From assembly GCA_040222015.1 (NCBI GenBank), contig JAVJWO010000002.1:1-41775 (forward strand): a stretch of DNA of 41,775 bases. The letters are read 5' to 3'. The notes beneath the pieces are model-generated. The model did not search any database. It was not told the origin of the DNA and worked only from the letters and a program-made list of their open reading frames with translations. The position numbers and the translations under genes are program-made. The DNA comes from Coleofasciculus chthonoplastes F2-STO-03 (GTDB lineage: Bacteria > Cyanobacteriota > Cyanobacteriia > Cyanobacteriales > Coleofasciculaceae). Below are positions 1 through 9,155 of this stretch, one piece after another (positions within the stretch are counted from its first letter, which is position 1; the number at the start of each line of letters is the position of its first letter).

Positions 1-1
1 T

Positions 2-172
2 GGGGCTTGGAAACGGGTACTCTACTGTTGCCGAGAGTTTAACCGACTTCAGGGATTAGCCGGGGAAATCAATCAACAAAGTCAGGAGTTTCAGGATTTA
101 CCTGAGATTATCCAAAAGATGCAGCAATTGTGGCATCAGCGTTGGCAAGAATTATCGGGTGCGATCGCGTAA
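2..172 (+). CDS. 3' end of a CDS entering the window (hypothetical protein, partial)
   Basis: Open frame from nt 2 (GAWKRVLYCCREFNRLQGLAGEINQQ...ELSGAIA) to TAA 170-172, with an in-frame HIP1 site (AIA). Confidence 0.6.
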   Translation, partial: GAWKRVLYCCREFNRLQGLAGEINQQSQEFQDLPEIIQKMQQLWHQRWQELSGAIA

Positions 173-271
173 AGCCTTCTCCAGTAGCATGGCAATTCAC
201 GACTCAAATAAAATAGTATTTATACATCAGCTTTGCGACCAAGAGAACTTACCCAAGTAAGGAGGAAATCT

Positions 272-961
272 ATGGTTACAGTTGCACAAGCGCCCCCCAG
301 TGAACGCGCTCAATTTATTCAGAAAACCTACATGCATCTGGCTGGGGCGGTGGGAGCGTTTATTGCTTTAGAGTTTATACTCTTTCAAACTGGCATAGCC
401 GCCCTATTAACCCAGTTTGTCACGGCAAGTCGGTTTAGCTGGCTGGCGATTCTGGCAGGTTTTGCGGTACTCGGTTGGTTCTCCAGGGAGTTAGCTGCTA
501 AGGCGGATTCGGTCAACACTCAGTATGCTGGATTGGGGATTTACGTTGTTGCGGAAGCCCTGATTTTTGCCCCGATTCTGTACATTGCAGCTTATTTCTC
601 AGATCCCACTGTTATCCCAACGGCGGGAATACTCACCCTTTTGATGTTTGCTGGTTTAACCGCCGTTGCTTTTACTACAGGCAAAGACTTTAGTTTTCTG
701 GGTGGTATCTTAAAAGTTGGTGGATTAGTAGCCTTGGGACTAATTATCTGTAGCGTAATTTTTGGTTTCACCTTGGGCTTATTCTTTTCCGTGGTTATGG
801 TTGCTTTTGCTTCCGCCGCGATTCTCTACGATACCTCTAAGGTGATGCATCATTACTCATCCCATCACTATGTTGCAGCGTCACTAGAATTATTTGCGTC
901 AGTGGCATTACTATTCTGGTATTTGCTGCGGATTGTGATGGCGCTATCGTCTCGTCGCTAA
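272..961 (+). CDS. Bax inhibitor-1/YccA family membrane protein
   Basis: About 7 hydrophobic segments, F..KTY.HL N-terminal motif, KDFSFLGG, ILYDTS and C-terminal ASLELFASVALLFWY. AGGAGG RBS precedes ATG 272. Confidence 0.9.
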   Translation: MVTVAQAPPSERAQFIQKTYMHLAGAVGAFIALEFILFQTGIAALLTQFVTASRFSWLAILAGFAVLGWFSRELAAKADSVNTQYAGLGIYVVAEALIFAPILYIAAYFSDPTVIPTAGILTLLMFAGLTAVAFTTGKDFSFLGGILKVGGLVALGLIICSVIFGFTLGLFFSVVMVAFASAAILYDTSKVMHHYSSHHYVAASLELFASVALLFWYLLRIVMALSSRR

Positions 962-993
962 ACCTGTTCTATCTTATAGCCTGATTCTATAGC

Positions 994-1050
994 TAAGCGT
1001 GAGATTACTATTAAAAAAATTCATTCATTAGTAGTGTCACGCTTAATTTT
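994..1050. terminator. Stem-loop between convergent genes (possible terminator)
   Basis: TAAGCGTGAGATTACTA (994-1010) pairs 15/17 with TAGTAGTGTCACGCTTA (1029-1045), followed by ATTTT. Confidence 0.5.
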
Positions 1051-1175
1051 ATCTGGTTGGACAAAAGAACAGGAGATAATTTGGGAAAGTAAGGAGTTGA
1101 TGCTTGTTAAGATTTATTGGTATAGCGGACAGAATTTAATCCAAATATTTAACCTCTTTGAAATTAGATTTGGCT

Positions 1176-1577
1176 TTACTTTCTGTTCCCTAAGTTTTTT
1201 TCAATTATTCGGATTGCAAGCTGCAAAAGCTCCCATATCGATAAAATCACAAAACTATTTATTATACCTTGAATGAATCCAGGTATTGATTGCCATAATT
1301 TTTCATTATAAATAAAGATAACTTTAAGAATAGCGATTAAGAACAAAATAACAATATATTTCTTGACCAGTTTTTCTTTGATTAAACGAAGGGGTGAAAA
1401 TCGAGCCAATAAAAGAAAAAAGTGATAGATTTCATGAAATAAATTGATAACCCAGGAAATCTGATTGTTATTTCTCCTAATAAACCGTTCTGCTATTTTG
1501 ACTATTTTAGGATAAAAGACAAGAACAACAGACAGAAATAGTATGATAATCAGTAATACTAATTCAATGGATGTCAT
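1176..1577 (-). CDS. AT-rich hypothetical membrane protein
   Basis: 133-aa ORF with 3-4 hydrophobic stretches, starting 25 nt downstream of the LRAT gene on the same strand. Confidence 0.5.
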   Translation of the reverse strand: MTSIELVLLIIILFLSVVLVFYPKIVKIAERFIRRNNNQISWVINLFHEIYHFFLLLARFSPLRLIKEKLVKKYIVILFLIAILKVIFIYNEKLWQSIPGFIQGIINSFVILSIWELLQLAIRIIEKNLGNRK

Positions 1578-1602
1578 AGTTTCAGTAAACTTAAGGCAAA
1601 AT

Positions 1603-2280
1603 CTATTTCACATTCAGCCGATTGCGGATCAGTGTTTCCGTCATCTGAGCAAGCTGATCTAACTTCTCTTTATTCTCCTGCGCCCGTTTCTCATAGTCTT
1701 TCTTCCGGACAATTGCCGCCCGCGCTAAGTCTTCCCGATTTTGTTTTAGCGCTTGAATGGCAACTTTCTGCCAAGCGCTTATCTCCCGAACATCTTGATT
1801 ATATTGCGGTTGCAGCGTATTCCAAACACCTTTAATCTCGGCTAGGGCTTTCGTTAATAACCGATTGGCTTTGTCCGGATCTTTCTCTTGCAGCGCTCGT
1901 TTAATTGGTTCGTATAAATTCTCAGTATTCATCTGAGTAATAATGGGAATAAAATTTTGAATTTGCGGACTTTCACTCACGCCAGTTTTACACCAGACGG
2001 CAAAGTGTTCGCAGTTATTGGATAGCAGGTTATAGTTTCGTTCACCTAAACGACTCTCAGCACGGCGAACGACTACATCAGGTATAAAATGAGTGGGATA
2101 CTGTTTGACATAGATTTTCCCACCTCTAGCAAATGTCGATAAAGAGGTGCGTTCAATGGTTTCACTGGGTTTGCGGTAGTGGATAACCGTACCGTCGCCA
2201 CAGTCAATCCCATAATGTTTGTAGACGCCTTGTCGGTTGAACAATTCTCGATAAGCGTAGATTAGATCACCTCGTGCCAT
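1603..2280 (-). CDS. LRAT/NC-domain (permuted NlpC/P60) protein with C-terminal PspA/IM30-like helical region
   Basis: RGD..HYGIDCGDGTVIHY and YNLLSNNCEHF catalytic motifs; C-terminal WQKVAIQALKQNREDLARAAIVRKK resembles the PspA/Vipp1 signature. Confidence 0.85.
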   Translation of the reverse strand: MARGDLIYAYRELFNRQGVYKHYGIDCGDGTVIHYRKPSETIERTSLSTFARGGKIYVKQYPTHFIPDVVVRRAESRLGERNYNLLSNNCEHFAVWCKTGVSESPQIQNFIPIITQMNTENLYEPIKRALQEKDPDKANRLLTKALAEIKGVWNTLQPQYNQDVREISAWQKVAIQALKQNREDLARAAIVRKKDYEKRAQENKEKLDQLAQMTETLIRNRLNVK

Positions 2281-2288
2281 ACTTGCCT

Positions 2289-2319
2289 TTTGTTATTTGT
2301 TATTTGTTATTTGTTATTT
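2289..2319. repeat. Heptamer STRR (TTGTTAT)n
   Basis: About 4 tandem copies just upstream of the LRAT start. Confidence 0.85.
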
Positions 2320-2470
2320 ATCATACTCGCTACCCTTGAGAAGCAAGCTACGTCTTATGTCTTTTGTTTGGTGAATTGCCAAATCAAGAAAAGAGTAAAC
2401 GAGTGTGGATTGATGTTTCGATGTCCCTCAAGAGAGTAAAATCGAATGGGAAAGCCTATTACACTCCAGA

Positions 2471-3439
2471 ATGAGCCGAATTTCTCCATCAACTTTGACT
2501 TCTGCCCCTCTCAACCCGCTTAAGCAACCCACAGACTGGTTTTATGCCTTGTGGAAGTTTTCTCGCCCTCATACGATCATCGGTACTACCCTAAGTGTAT
2601 TGGCATTGTATGTGATTGCCTTAGCGATTACCGACGGTGCGATCGCACGAGTCAATTTAACTCAACTCCTGGGTACCTGGATATCCTGCTGCTGCGGTAA
2701 TATCTACATTGTGGGACTCAATCAACTCGAAGATGTGGAAATTGACCAGATTAATAAACCTCATCTTCCCATCGCAGCGGGGGAGTTTTCCAGAAGACAA
2801 GGTAAACTGATTATTGCCGTAACTGGACTCTCGGCGCTGTTGTTAGCCCGGATACTGGGAGGGTGGTTATTTCTCATGGTTAGCGTCAGTTTAGCCATTG
2901 GTACGGCGTATTCCTTGCCACCCATCCGATTGAAGCGGTTTCCCTTTTGGGCAGCACTTTGTATCTTCTCAGTGCGGGGTGCTGTGGTCAATTTAGGACT
3001 ATTCTTGCATTTTAGCTGGGTATGGCAACAGGGTGAAGCGATGACGCCAACGCCTGCGGTGTGGGGATTGACGTTATTTGTGTTGGTGTTTACCGTCGCG
3101 ATCGCGCTTTTTAAGGATGTCCCGGATATTGATGGAGATAAGTTATACAATATCACCACGTTCACGATTCGACTGGGTAAGCCAGCAGTGTTTAATATCA
3201 CCCGATGGATTATTACCCTCTGCTATTTGGGTATGATTCTCGGTGGAGTGCTACTGTTTGACGTGGTTAACCCACTTGTCTTGGGGATAACACACTTGGC
3301 GGCTTTAGTTTTGGTGTGGTGGCGTAGTCAGGATGTAGATTTGCAGGATAAACTCGCGATCGCGAGTTTCTATCAATTTATCTGGAAACTCTTCTTTTTG
3401 GAATATCTGATGTTTCCCGCCGCTTGTTTGTTAACCTGA
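2471..3439 (+). CDS. hpt: Homogentisate phytyltransferase (UbiA family, tocopherol synthesis)
   Basis: WKFSRPHTIIGT, NIYIVGLNQLEDVEIDQINKPHLPIAAGE, KDVPDIDGD and FYQFIWKLFFLEY motifs. Confidence 0.93.
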   Translation: MSRISPSTLTSAPLNPLKQPTDWFYALWKFSRPHTIIGTTLSVLALYVIALAITDGAIARVNLTQLLGTWISCCCGNIYIVGLNQLEDVEIDQINKPHLPIAAGEFSRRQGKLIIAVTGLSALLLARILGGWLFLMVSVSLAIGTAYSLPPIRLKRFPFWAALCIFSVRGAVVNLGLFLHFSWVWQQGEAMTPTPAVWGLTLFVLVFTVAIALFKDVPDIDGDKLYNITTFTIRLGKPAVFNITRWIITLCYLGMILGGVLLFDVVNPLVLGITHLAALVLVWWRSQDVDLQDKLAIASFYQFIWKLFFLEYLMFPAACLLT

Positions 3440-3440
3440 A

Positions 3441-3551
3441 ACACTGATTTCACGGATTTAGGGGAGAGATTGGGGTGGGAGGTGAGAGGTTAGTTACACT
3501 GATGACACAGATTTAGGGGAGAGGTTGGGGTGCAGAGGTGAGAGGTTAGTT
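3441..3551 (+). repeat. Two tandem ~55-bp G-rich direct repeats
   Basis: ACACTGAT..CAC.GATTTAGGGGAGAG.TTGGGGTG..GAGGTGAGAGGTTAGTT at 3441-3495 and 3496-3551. Confidence 0.85.
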
Positions 3552-3665
3552 CTCAGTCAACAGACGATGATTCGATTGTGGGGGGATTATTTAGTTTTCT
3601 GTACCAATCTGTGTTAAGCAATCGTTAGTTTTGTGTTTGTGTCATTCAATCAATCTGTCTAATCT

Positions 3666-4418
3666 GTGTTTAATTTAAGTTGGATAGCGGCTACAGTCGT
3701 TAGTGTCGGTTTAGTAACTGTTATTTTTTTGATTGGTAAGACAATCGCGATCGCGTCGTTGTTTCAAAAGGGTATTGCCCTTTATCAGCAACAGGATTAC
3801 CCCGAAGCGGAAACGGTGTTTCGTCAAGTTATCCAGCGACAACGCAGTAATGATATGGTGCGCTTATTGTTGGGTAATACACTCCTGGCACAACAGAAAT
3901 GGGATGAAGCGGTAGCTGTCTTCCGTGATCTGAACGCGAGATCGCCGAAAACTGTGGATGGGTATGTCAAGTTAGCCCAAGCTTTGATTGAACAAGGAAA
4001 ACCTGATCAAGCAATGCCTGTTATTCAAGAGTTAATCCAACGCCATCCGCAGAATACAGATATTCCGTTTAATGTCGGTTTAATGCTATCCAACATTAAT
4101 CGACTCGATACGCTAATTGAGTCGTATCAGAGGTTGAGTCAACAGTCTCCTGACAAGGCTATTTTACGTTTAAATCTAGCCAATAGCTGGATGATACAAG
4201 AAAATTGGCAGGCGGCTATAGACGAGTATCAGGAAGCGATTCGCCTTAATATTAAAAAGCCGCAAGCCTATTGGTATTTAGGGGATGCGTTGAGACAACA
4301 AGGTCAATTGGATGAAGCCCTCAGCGTTTGGCGAGAGGCAATTGTCCGTTATCCTAATGATCAGGAAGCTCAGTTAAGAATTCGACAAGCCCTAAAAGAA
4401 CAAGGTAAATTTGGATAA
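3666..4418 (+). CDS. Membrane-anchored tetratricopeptide repeat protein
   Basis: N-terminal hydrophobic helix then TPR units (e.g. AYWYLGDALRQQGQLDEALSVWREAIVRYP); GTG start. Confidence 0.85.
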   Translation: MFNLSWIAATVVSVGLVTVIFLIGKTIAIASLFQKGIALYQQQDYPEAETVFRQVIQRQRSNDMVRLLLGNTLLAQQKWDEAVAVFRDLNARSPKTVDGYVKLAQALIEQGKPDQAMPVIQELIQRHPQNTDIPFNVGLMLSNINRLDTLIESYQRLSQQSPDKAILRLNLANSWMIQENWQAAIDEYQEAIRLNIKKPQAYWYLGDALRQQGQLDEALSVWREAIVRYPNDQEAQLRIRQALKEQGKFG

Positions 4419-4481
4419 AAGGGTGTTTTTCAACAACTTATCCTCTTTCGCCCTTAAGCTTACCTCCCTTCGTTGTGCCAC

Positions 4482-4548
4482 GAACGATGAACCATCAACC
4501 ATCAACCATGAACCATCAACCATGAACCATCAACCATCAACTATGAAC
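4482..4548. repeat. Heptamer STRR (AACCAT[C/G])n
   Basis: About 9 tandem copies between the convergent TPR and gdhA genes. Confidence 0.9.
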
Positions 4549-4565
4549 GTGAAATCTCCCGTACC

Positions 4566-5882
4566 TCAGTTGGGGGATGAGTTTAACGCCGGAATGCGAC
4601 CATTGACATAGTAGTCTCGGGTTCCTTTAGCATTAAGAGCTTCCCCTAAGCGATTCAACGCATGAACATAAGCGGCGGTTCGCAGGGAAACCGCTAACTC
4701 TTTGGCAATTGACCAAATATATTGGCTTTCTTCCACCATTTTCTGCTTCAGATTTTCATGCACTTTTGCCATTTTCCAATAGAGTCCACTGCGGTTTTGC
4801 ACCCATTCAAAATAGCTCACTGTCACCCCACCCGCATTGACTAGAATATCGGGAAATACGAGAATTCCTTTGCTGTCTAAAACCTTATCCGCTTCTGAAT
4901 TAATCGGACCATTGGCGACTTCAAAAATATAGCGGGCGCGGACATCGTTAACATTCTCCTGGGTAATTTGATTCTCCAACGCCGCCGGAATCAGAATGTC
5001 TACATCTAAGGCTAAGAGTTCGGCATTGGTTAACTGTTCATGTTCAACAATATTACAAACCGTGTCTTGACAGTAAACCGCTTGCAAACTTTGACTGGAC
5101 ATTTTATACCGACGAATACTGGGAATATCTAAGCCTTTTTTGGCATAAATTCCGCCTTGAGAATCACTGATGGCAACAACTTTATACCCCGCTTTAGCCA
5201 GGAGTTCTGCCAATACCGCCCCGGCTTTACCAAATCCCTGAATCGCGATTGTCGTGTATTGGGGGATTAGATCCAGTTTAGGTGCCATGGATTCAATCAC
5301 AAAGTAAGCCCCCGTCGCGGTTGCGACATCGCGCCCCACACTTCCACCCATGGTGATGGGTTTACCCGTGACGACAGCGGGACTAATTTGACGCCGGATG
5401 ATGCTATATTGATCCATCATCCACCCCATAATCATGGCATTGGTATAAACATCAGGGGCGAGAATATCCACATCCGGTCCAATAAAATCGGCGATCGCGT
5501 CAATGTAGCCGCGACTGAGGCGTTCGAGTTCCAGTTTGGATAAGGCTTTAGGATTAACCGTAACTCCGCCCTTGGCACCACCAAAGGGTAAATTTAATAC
5601 CGCACATTTAAATGTCATCCAAAAGGCGAGGGATTGAACTTCATCCAGAGTCACGTTGGGATGATAGCGTACACCGCCTTTTCCGGGTCCCCTGGTGTCA
5701 TCATATCGAACTCGATATCCTTGTACTATGGTTAATGAGCCATCATCCATGCGAACCGGGATGGATACACTCAGGCTCATTTTGGGATGCTTTAAGCGTG
5801 CGATCGCATCTTCGGAAATCGAGACATGTTTCATCGCCGCTTGCAATCGGGTGCCAGCATCAACTAATAATGAATCAGACAT
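4566..5882 (-). CDS. gdhA: Glutamate dehydrogenase (Glu/Leu/Phe/Val dehydrogenase family)
   Basis: GPGKGGVRYHP, MTFKCA, PFGGAKGG, APDVYT, VTGKP, ANGP, PDILVNAGGVTVSYFEWVQN. Start placed at MSDSLL (5882); the ORF extends to 5930. Confidence 0.92.
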   Translation of the reverse strand: MSDSLLVDAGTRLQAAMKHVSISEDAIARLKHPKMSLSVSIPVRMDDGSLTIVQGYRVRYDDTRGPGKGGVRYHPNVTLDEVQSLAFWMTFKCAVLNLPFGGAKGGVTVNPKALSKLELERLSRGYIDAIADFIGPDVDILAPDVYTNAMIMGWMMDQYSIIRRQISPAVVTGKPITMGGSVGRDVATATGAYFVIESMAPKLDLIPQYTTIAIQGFGKAGAVLAELLAKAGYKVVAISDSQGGIYAKKGLDIPSIRRYKMSSQSLQAVYCQDTVCNIVEHEQLTNAELLALDVDILIPAALENQITQENVNDVRARYIFEVANGPINSEADKVLDSKGILVFPDILVNAGGVTVSYFEWVQNRSGLYWKMAKVHENLKQKMVEESQYIWSIAKELAVSLRTAAYVHALNRLGEALNAKGTRDYYVNGRIPALNSSPN

Positions 5883-6205
5883 TCCATTGTTCCTCATCAG
5901 GGATTGAACGAAAATTAGAGAGAATTTCATCGCCAGACAAATCGCCCCCTAGACTTGGAGTTAAACCAGGAAACTCAATCACCAGCACAGCGTGCTTGGC
6001 GATTCAAGTCTCTAATGTCCAGACTCCAGCGCCAGTTGAGTAATTTTGGGTTTGAATTAAGCAAAACTTATATATAGGCGCGATCGCGCTTATCGATGAA
6101 CAAAACAACGGCTTAATCTCTCCTTGATCTAGAAAAGATTAAAGTCGGTGCGACTTGTCCTTACTACGATTATTTCACGGGATTTGATTAAATTGCCAAT
6201 AACGT

Positions 6206-6219
6206 GTAGTTTTCGTTAC
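6206..6219. promoter_or_regulatory. Putative NtcA box upstream of gdhA
   Basis: GTAGTTTTCGTTAC matches GTA-N8-TAC, about 325 nt upstream of the gdhA start. Confidence 0.55.
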
Positions 6220-6288
6220 TTTTTTAACATAAAGTTTACATTGCGCTTATAGTTGCGCTGTCTTCGCCAGTATAACGTTGAGGTTATA

Positions 6289-7038
6289 TCAGAGCATTTT
6301 TTTTAACTCCTGATTTAGCACCTTATACCCACTGGGATTGATATGTAACGTATCGTAAATGTACTGGCTTTTAACGTGCTGCTCCTCTACCAGAAGTGAA
6401 TAGGCATCTAAAATGAAGACATTTTTGGCTTTTAGCGAGTAGAGGTAAGCATTGACATCCTCAACTGCTTTGGCGACATCAGGTGACCAAAATGGTTGAC
6501 GAATCAGGGGAACCGGACCAATGGGAAAAATGGTGGTTAAAATAACGGTGGCATCCTGTTTGGCTGCACGAGCGACAATCTTGCGAATATTAGTCTTACA
6601 GTTGCTGATAATGGTGGCTTTTTGCTTAGGGAATAGCGGGATTGTTTTCAAATCGTTAATCCCAACTTGCACAACAATAATATCGGGATGTAAGGGTAAA
6701 ATATGTTGATCAAAACGTCCCCATACCTGAGTGGACGTTTGACTGCCAATGCCACGATTAATAAAAGAAACATCGTTGATATTGTCTGGCTCAACCCACA
6801 TTGCTGCTCGCGAGTCACCAAAGAAGACAACGGTTACTGGAGAATGAGTTGATGAATGATTAGCTAACGAATCATCCCTAAAGGTTTGTAGTCCGAGGGG
6901 ATCGAGATTGGTTTTGTTCAGTTGCAGATAGTACGATTTTGCTTGGGAGAAAAGGAAGATATTGATAACCAGTGACACAACTAAGGCAATCAGAGATAAG
7001 AATAATGCCAACCGAAATAAACGTTTTCGTTTCTGCAT
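6289..7038 (-). CDS. SGNH/GDSL hydrolase with N-terminal anchor
   Basis: FFGDSRA (block I), NRGIG (II), GIND (III), DTLH (V). Confidence 0.9.
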   Translation of the reverse strand: MQKRKRLFRLALFLSLIALVVSLVINIFLFSQAKSYYLQLNKTNLDPLGLQTFRDDSLANHSSTHSPVTVVFFGDSRAAMWVEPDNINDVSFINRGIGSQTSTQVWGRFDQHILPLHPDIIVVQVGINDLKTIPLFPKQKATIISNCKTNIRKIVARAAKQDATVILTTIFPIGPVPLIRQPFWSPDVAKAVEDVNAYLYSLKAKNVFILDAYSLLVEEQHVKSQYIYDTLHINPSGYKVLNQELKKML

Positions 7039-7130
7039 TTTATAAATCTATTTGTTGCGAGTAAGTAGTACGAACCAATACTGGATGGATAATAATTTCA
7101 GTCTGGTTTAACTCTTAAGCTTAATTTTAA

Positions 7131-7550
7131 TTAATCATCAGAGGGTTGGATTGACTTGAAAGTCGTCAGAATCTCTTTAGGAATTCCCCGTGGGCGCATC
7201 GTAACCCCATCTACCCACACCCAGATTGCTTCGGCAATGACTAAGGGTTGCACGTCTCCCAACCGATGAATTTCATAGCGTCTAATCGCATGAGTTCCTT
7301 TCATCTGCTGTAGCCAAGTGGTGATTTCTAGGGTATCGTCTGCCATGGCTGGACGCAGATAGTCGATTTCAATCCGACGCATAACAAACACACCTCCTAA
7401 GTTTCGGCATTGTGCCAAAGAATAACCCAGGAGTTGGGCGTGTTCCACGGCGGCTTGTTCGAGATAATTCTGGTAAACACCATTGTTGACATGTCCGAGG
7501 ACATCAATTTCATAATGCCGCACCCGCAATTGCCTGGTATAGATTTGCAT
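7131..7550 (-). CDS. Acyl-CoA thioesterase (hot-dog fold, YbgC/FadM family)
   Basis: VRHYEIDVLGHVNNGVYQNYLEQA motif; IDYLRPA. Confidence 0.9.
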   Translation of the reverse strand: MQIYTRQLRVRHYEIDVLGHVNNGVYQNYLEQAAVEHAQLLGYSLAQCRNLGGVFVMRRIEIDYLRPAMADDTLEITTWLQQMKGTHAIRRYEIHRLGDVQPLVIAEAIWVWVDGVTMRPRGIPKEILTTFKSIQPSDD

Positions 7551-7623
7551 GGGTTTTCACTGTCGTCGAGATTCTCAGGGTTGAGGATACGCGCTTTGGC
7601 GAGTCCCTAGCTAAGTTAGCATT

Positions 7624-7656
7624 TTGACACTCACCCGGTTAAAACGCGGGTGATTC
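7624..7656 (-). mobile_element. IS200/IS605-family right end (subterminal hairpin + TCAA)
   Basis: Minus strand reads GAATCACCCGCGTTTTAACCGGGTGAGTGTCAA, overlapping the tnpB stop codon. Confidence 0.75.
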
Positions 7657-8738
7657 TTCCGTCATAGGGAGTCGGAGTTTTACATCGTCCAGGATGTTGA
7701 CTTTACCCTCAGTAGAGACGTAGCACGCTACGTCTCTACCTACCGTGTGTCCCACGGCTTCCAGTCCTCTAATTTCTACTACCTGAGCAGATGCTATATC
7801 GCGGTCTTGAATATACCCACAGAATTGACATTTATGTACTCGTTGGGAGAGTTTCTTTTTACCCGTCTCTTCTAAGCAGTTGGGGCAAGTCTGACTTGTT
7901 CCCTTGGCGGGTACTTTTTGAAAATAGACTCCCCGCTTAAAGCAGCATTGGGAAAGGATATCTAAGAACTGACCCCACCCCGCATCTAGACAATGTTTAG
8001 CCAAGAAACCTTTACCTAGTGCTTTCAAATTGAGTTGTTCAGCAAATATAATATCCGCCCAATCACAGAGGTCATGGGCTAACTCCCAATGGTAGTTTTT
8101 CTGAGTATTAGCTATCCGCTCATGTAGTCGGCTTACCTTAGCTTGTGCTTTGGCTCGATTGTTTGACCCAAACCGTTTATTAGCTAGCTTTTTTTGCAGC
8201 GATTTAAGCTTGATTTCTAGTTGCTTAAACGGTCTTGGATTGGGAAACGTTCGTCCATTAGACACGGCGGCAAAGTGCATTAAGCCAACATCTATTCCCA
8301 GTGATGTACCTGATGGATTGATTTGAGGCACATCTACTTTCCATTGCAGGGTGAGTTGTACATACCAGCCAGATGCACGTCTTACAATTCGTGCTTGTTT
8401 AATAGTCGCATCGTCAGGTATAGGGCGGGATTGATTGAACCTGACTAATCCAATTTTAGGTAGTTGAACCTGATTTACTTGGATAGGTTGATCCCCTAAA
8501 CTAGGAAACACGAATGACTGCATCCGACCAGGTTTCTTGAATCGGGGAAAACCGCGCCCATTCTTCCATATCCCCTCAAAAGCTAACTGTAGCCGCTTAA
8601 GGGTCTGTTGTAATACCTGTGAATGTACCTGTTTAAGTTCAGGGATATTATTTTTAGCTTGGGTGAGACTTTTACACTGACTGGAATAATTGGGAGCTGG
8701 TGTATCCGCTGGTATAATGTACTCGCTTTTATACTACA
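7639..8738 (-). pseudogene. tnpB: TnpB RNA-guided endonuclease, 5'-truncated with a frameshift near 8730
   Basis: RuvC LGIDVG, IFAEQL and DRD; Zn finger CPNC..CQFC. The frame continues upstream of the 8523 ATG (SEYIIPADTPAPNY...HSQVLQQTLKRL...GFPRFKK) but breaks at about 8733; the N-terminal HTH region and tnpA are absent. Confidence 0.85.
7712..7739. repeat. GTAG-type REP-like palindrome inside tnpB
   Basis: GTAGAGACGTAGCACGCTACGTCTCTAC, read in frame as GRDVACYVST. Confidence 0.9.
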
Positions 8739-8741
8739 TTA

Positions 8742-9155
8742 TCGGTTGAGTGTCATCAGGATAAACACAAGAAAGATAGAAAACGGAAACCTCAACTTAA
8801 ACGGCACACAGTTACTTTATTTGACCACTTCGTCACCCTCTCTCCCTTTAAAAAAAAGGGCTTTGATTGGTGCGTCAAACTGATTGAATCGGGGGCGCCC
8901 AAGTTAGTTATCCCGCTCAAGTCAACCTCAGTAATCAATCAACGGATAGCTCAGGGATGGCAGCTATCTAAAACGATCCGTATGGGATTGAAGAAAGGGC
9001 GATTGTGGATTGATTTTATCTTTGAGAAAGTTAGACCTCCCTTGAAAACATCAGGTCAGGTGGTCGGGATGGATTCCAACTACAAAAACGGCGTCGTATT
9101 CAGTGACTCCCAGGTAGTTGGACAAGATATTTATCAACGGATTCAGGTAGATTAG
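8742..9155 (+). pseudogene. Internal fragment of a second, unrelated TnpB-like protein
   Basis: Stop-free frame absent from the ORF track: ...KPQLKRHTVTLFDHF...FDWCVKL...IPLKSTSVINQRIAQGWQLSKTIRM...LWIDFIFEKVRPPLKTSGQVVGMDSNYKNGVVFSD..., i.e. WED-like strands then a RuvC-I-like motif, ending soon after. Confidence 0.6.

Noticed and set aside
8623..8883. 86-aa plus-strand ORF
   Set aside because: It is antisense to the tnpB N-terminal remnant and out of frame with the second TnpB-like fragment.
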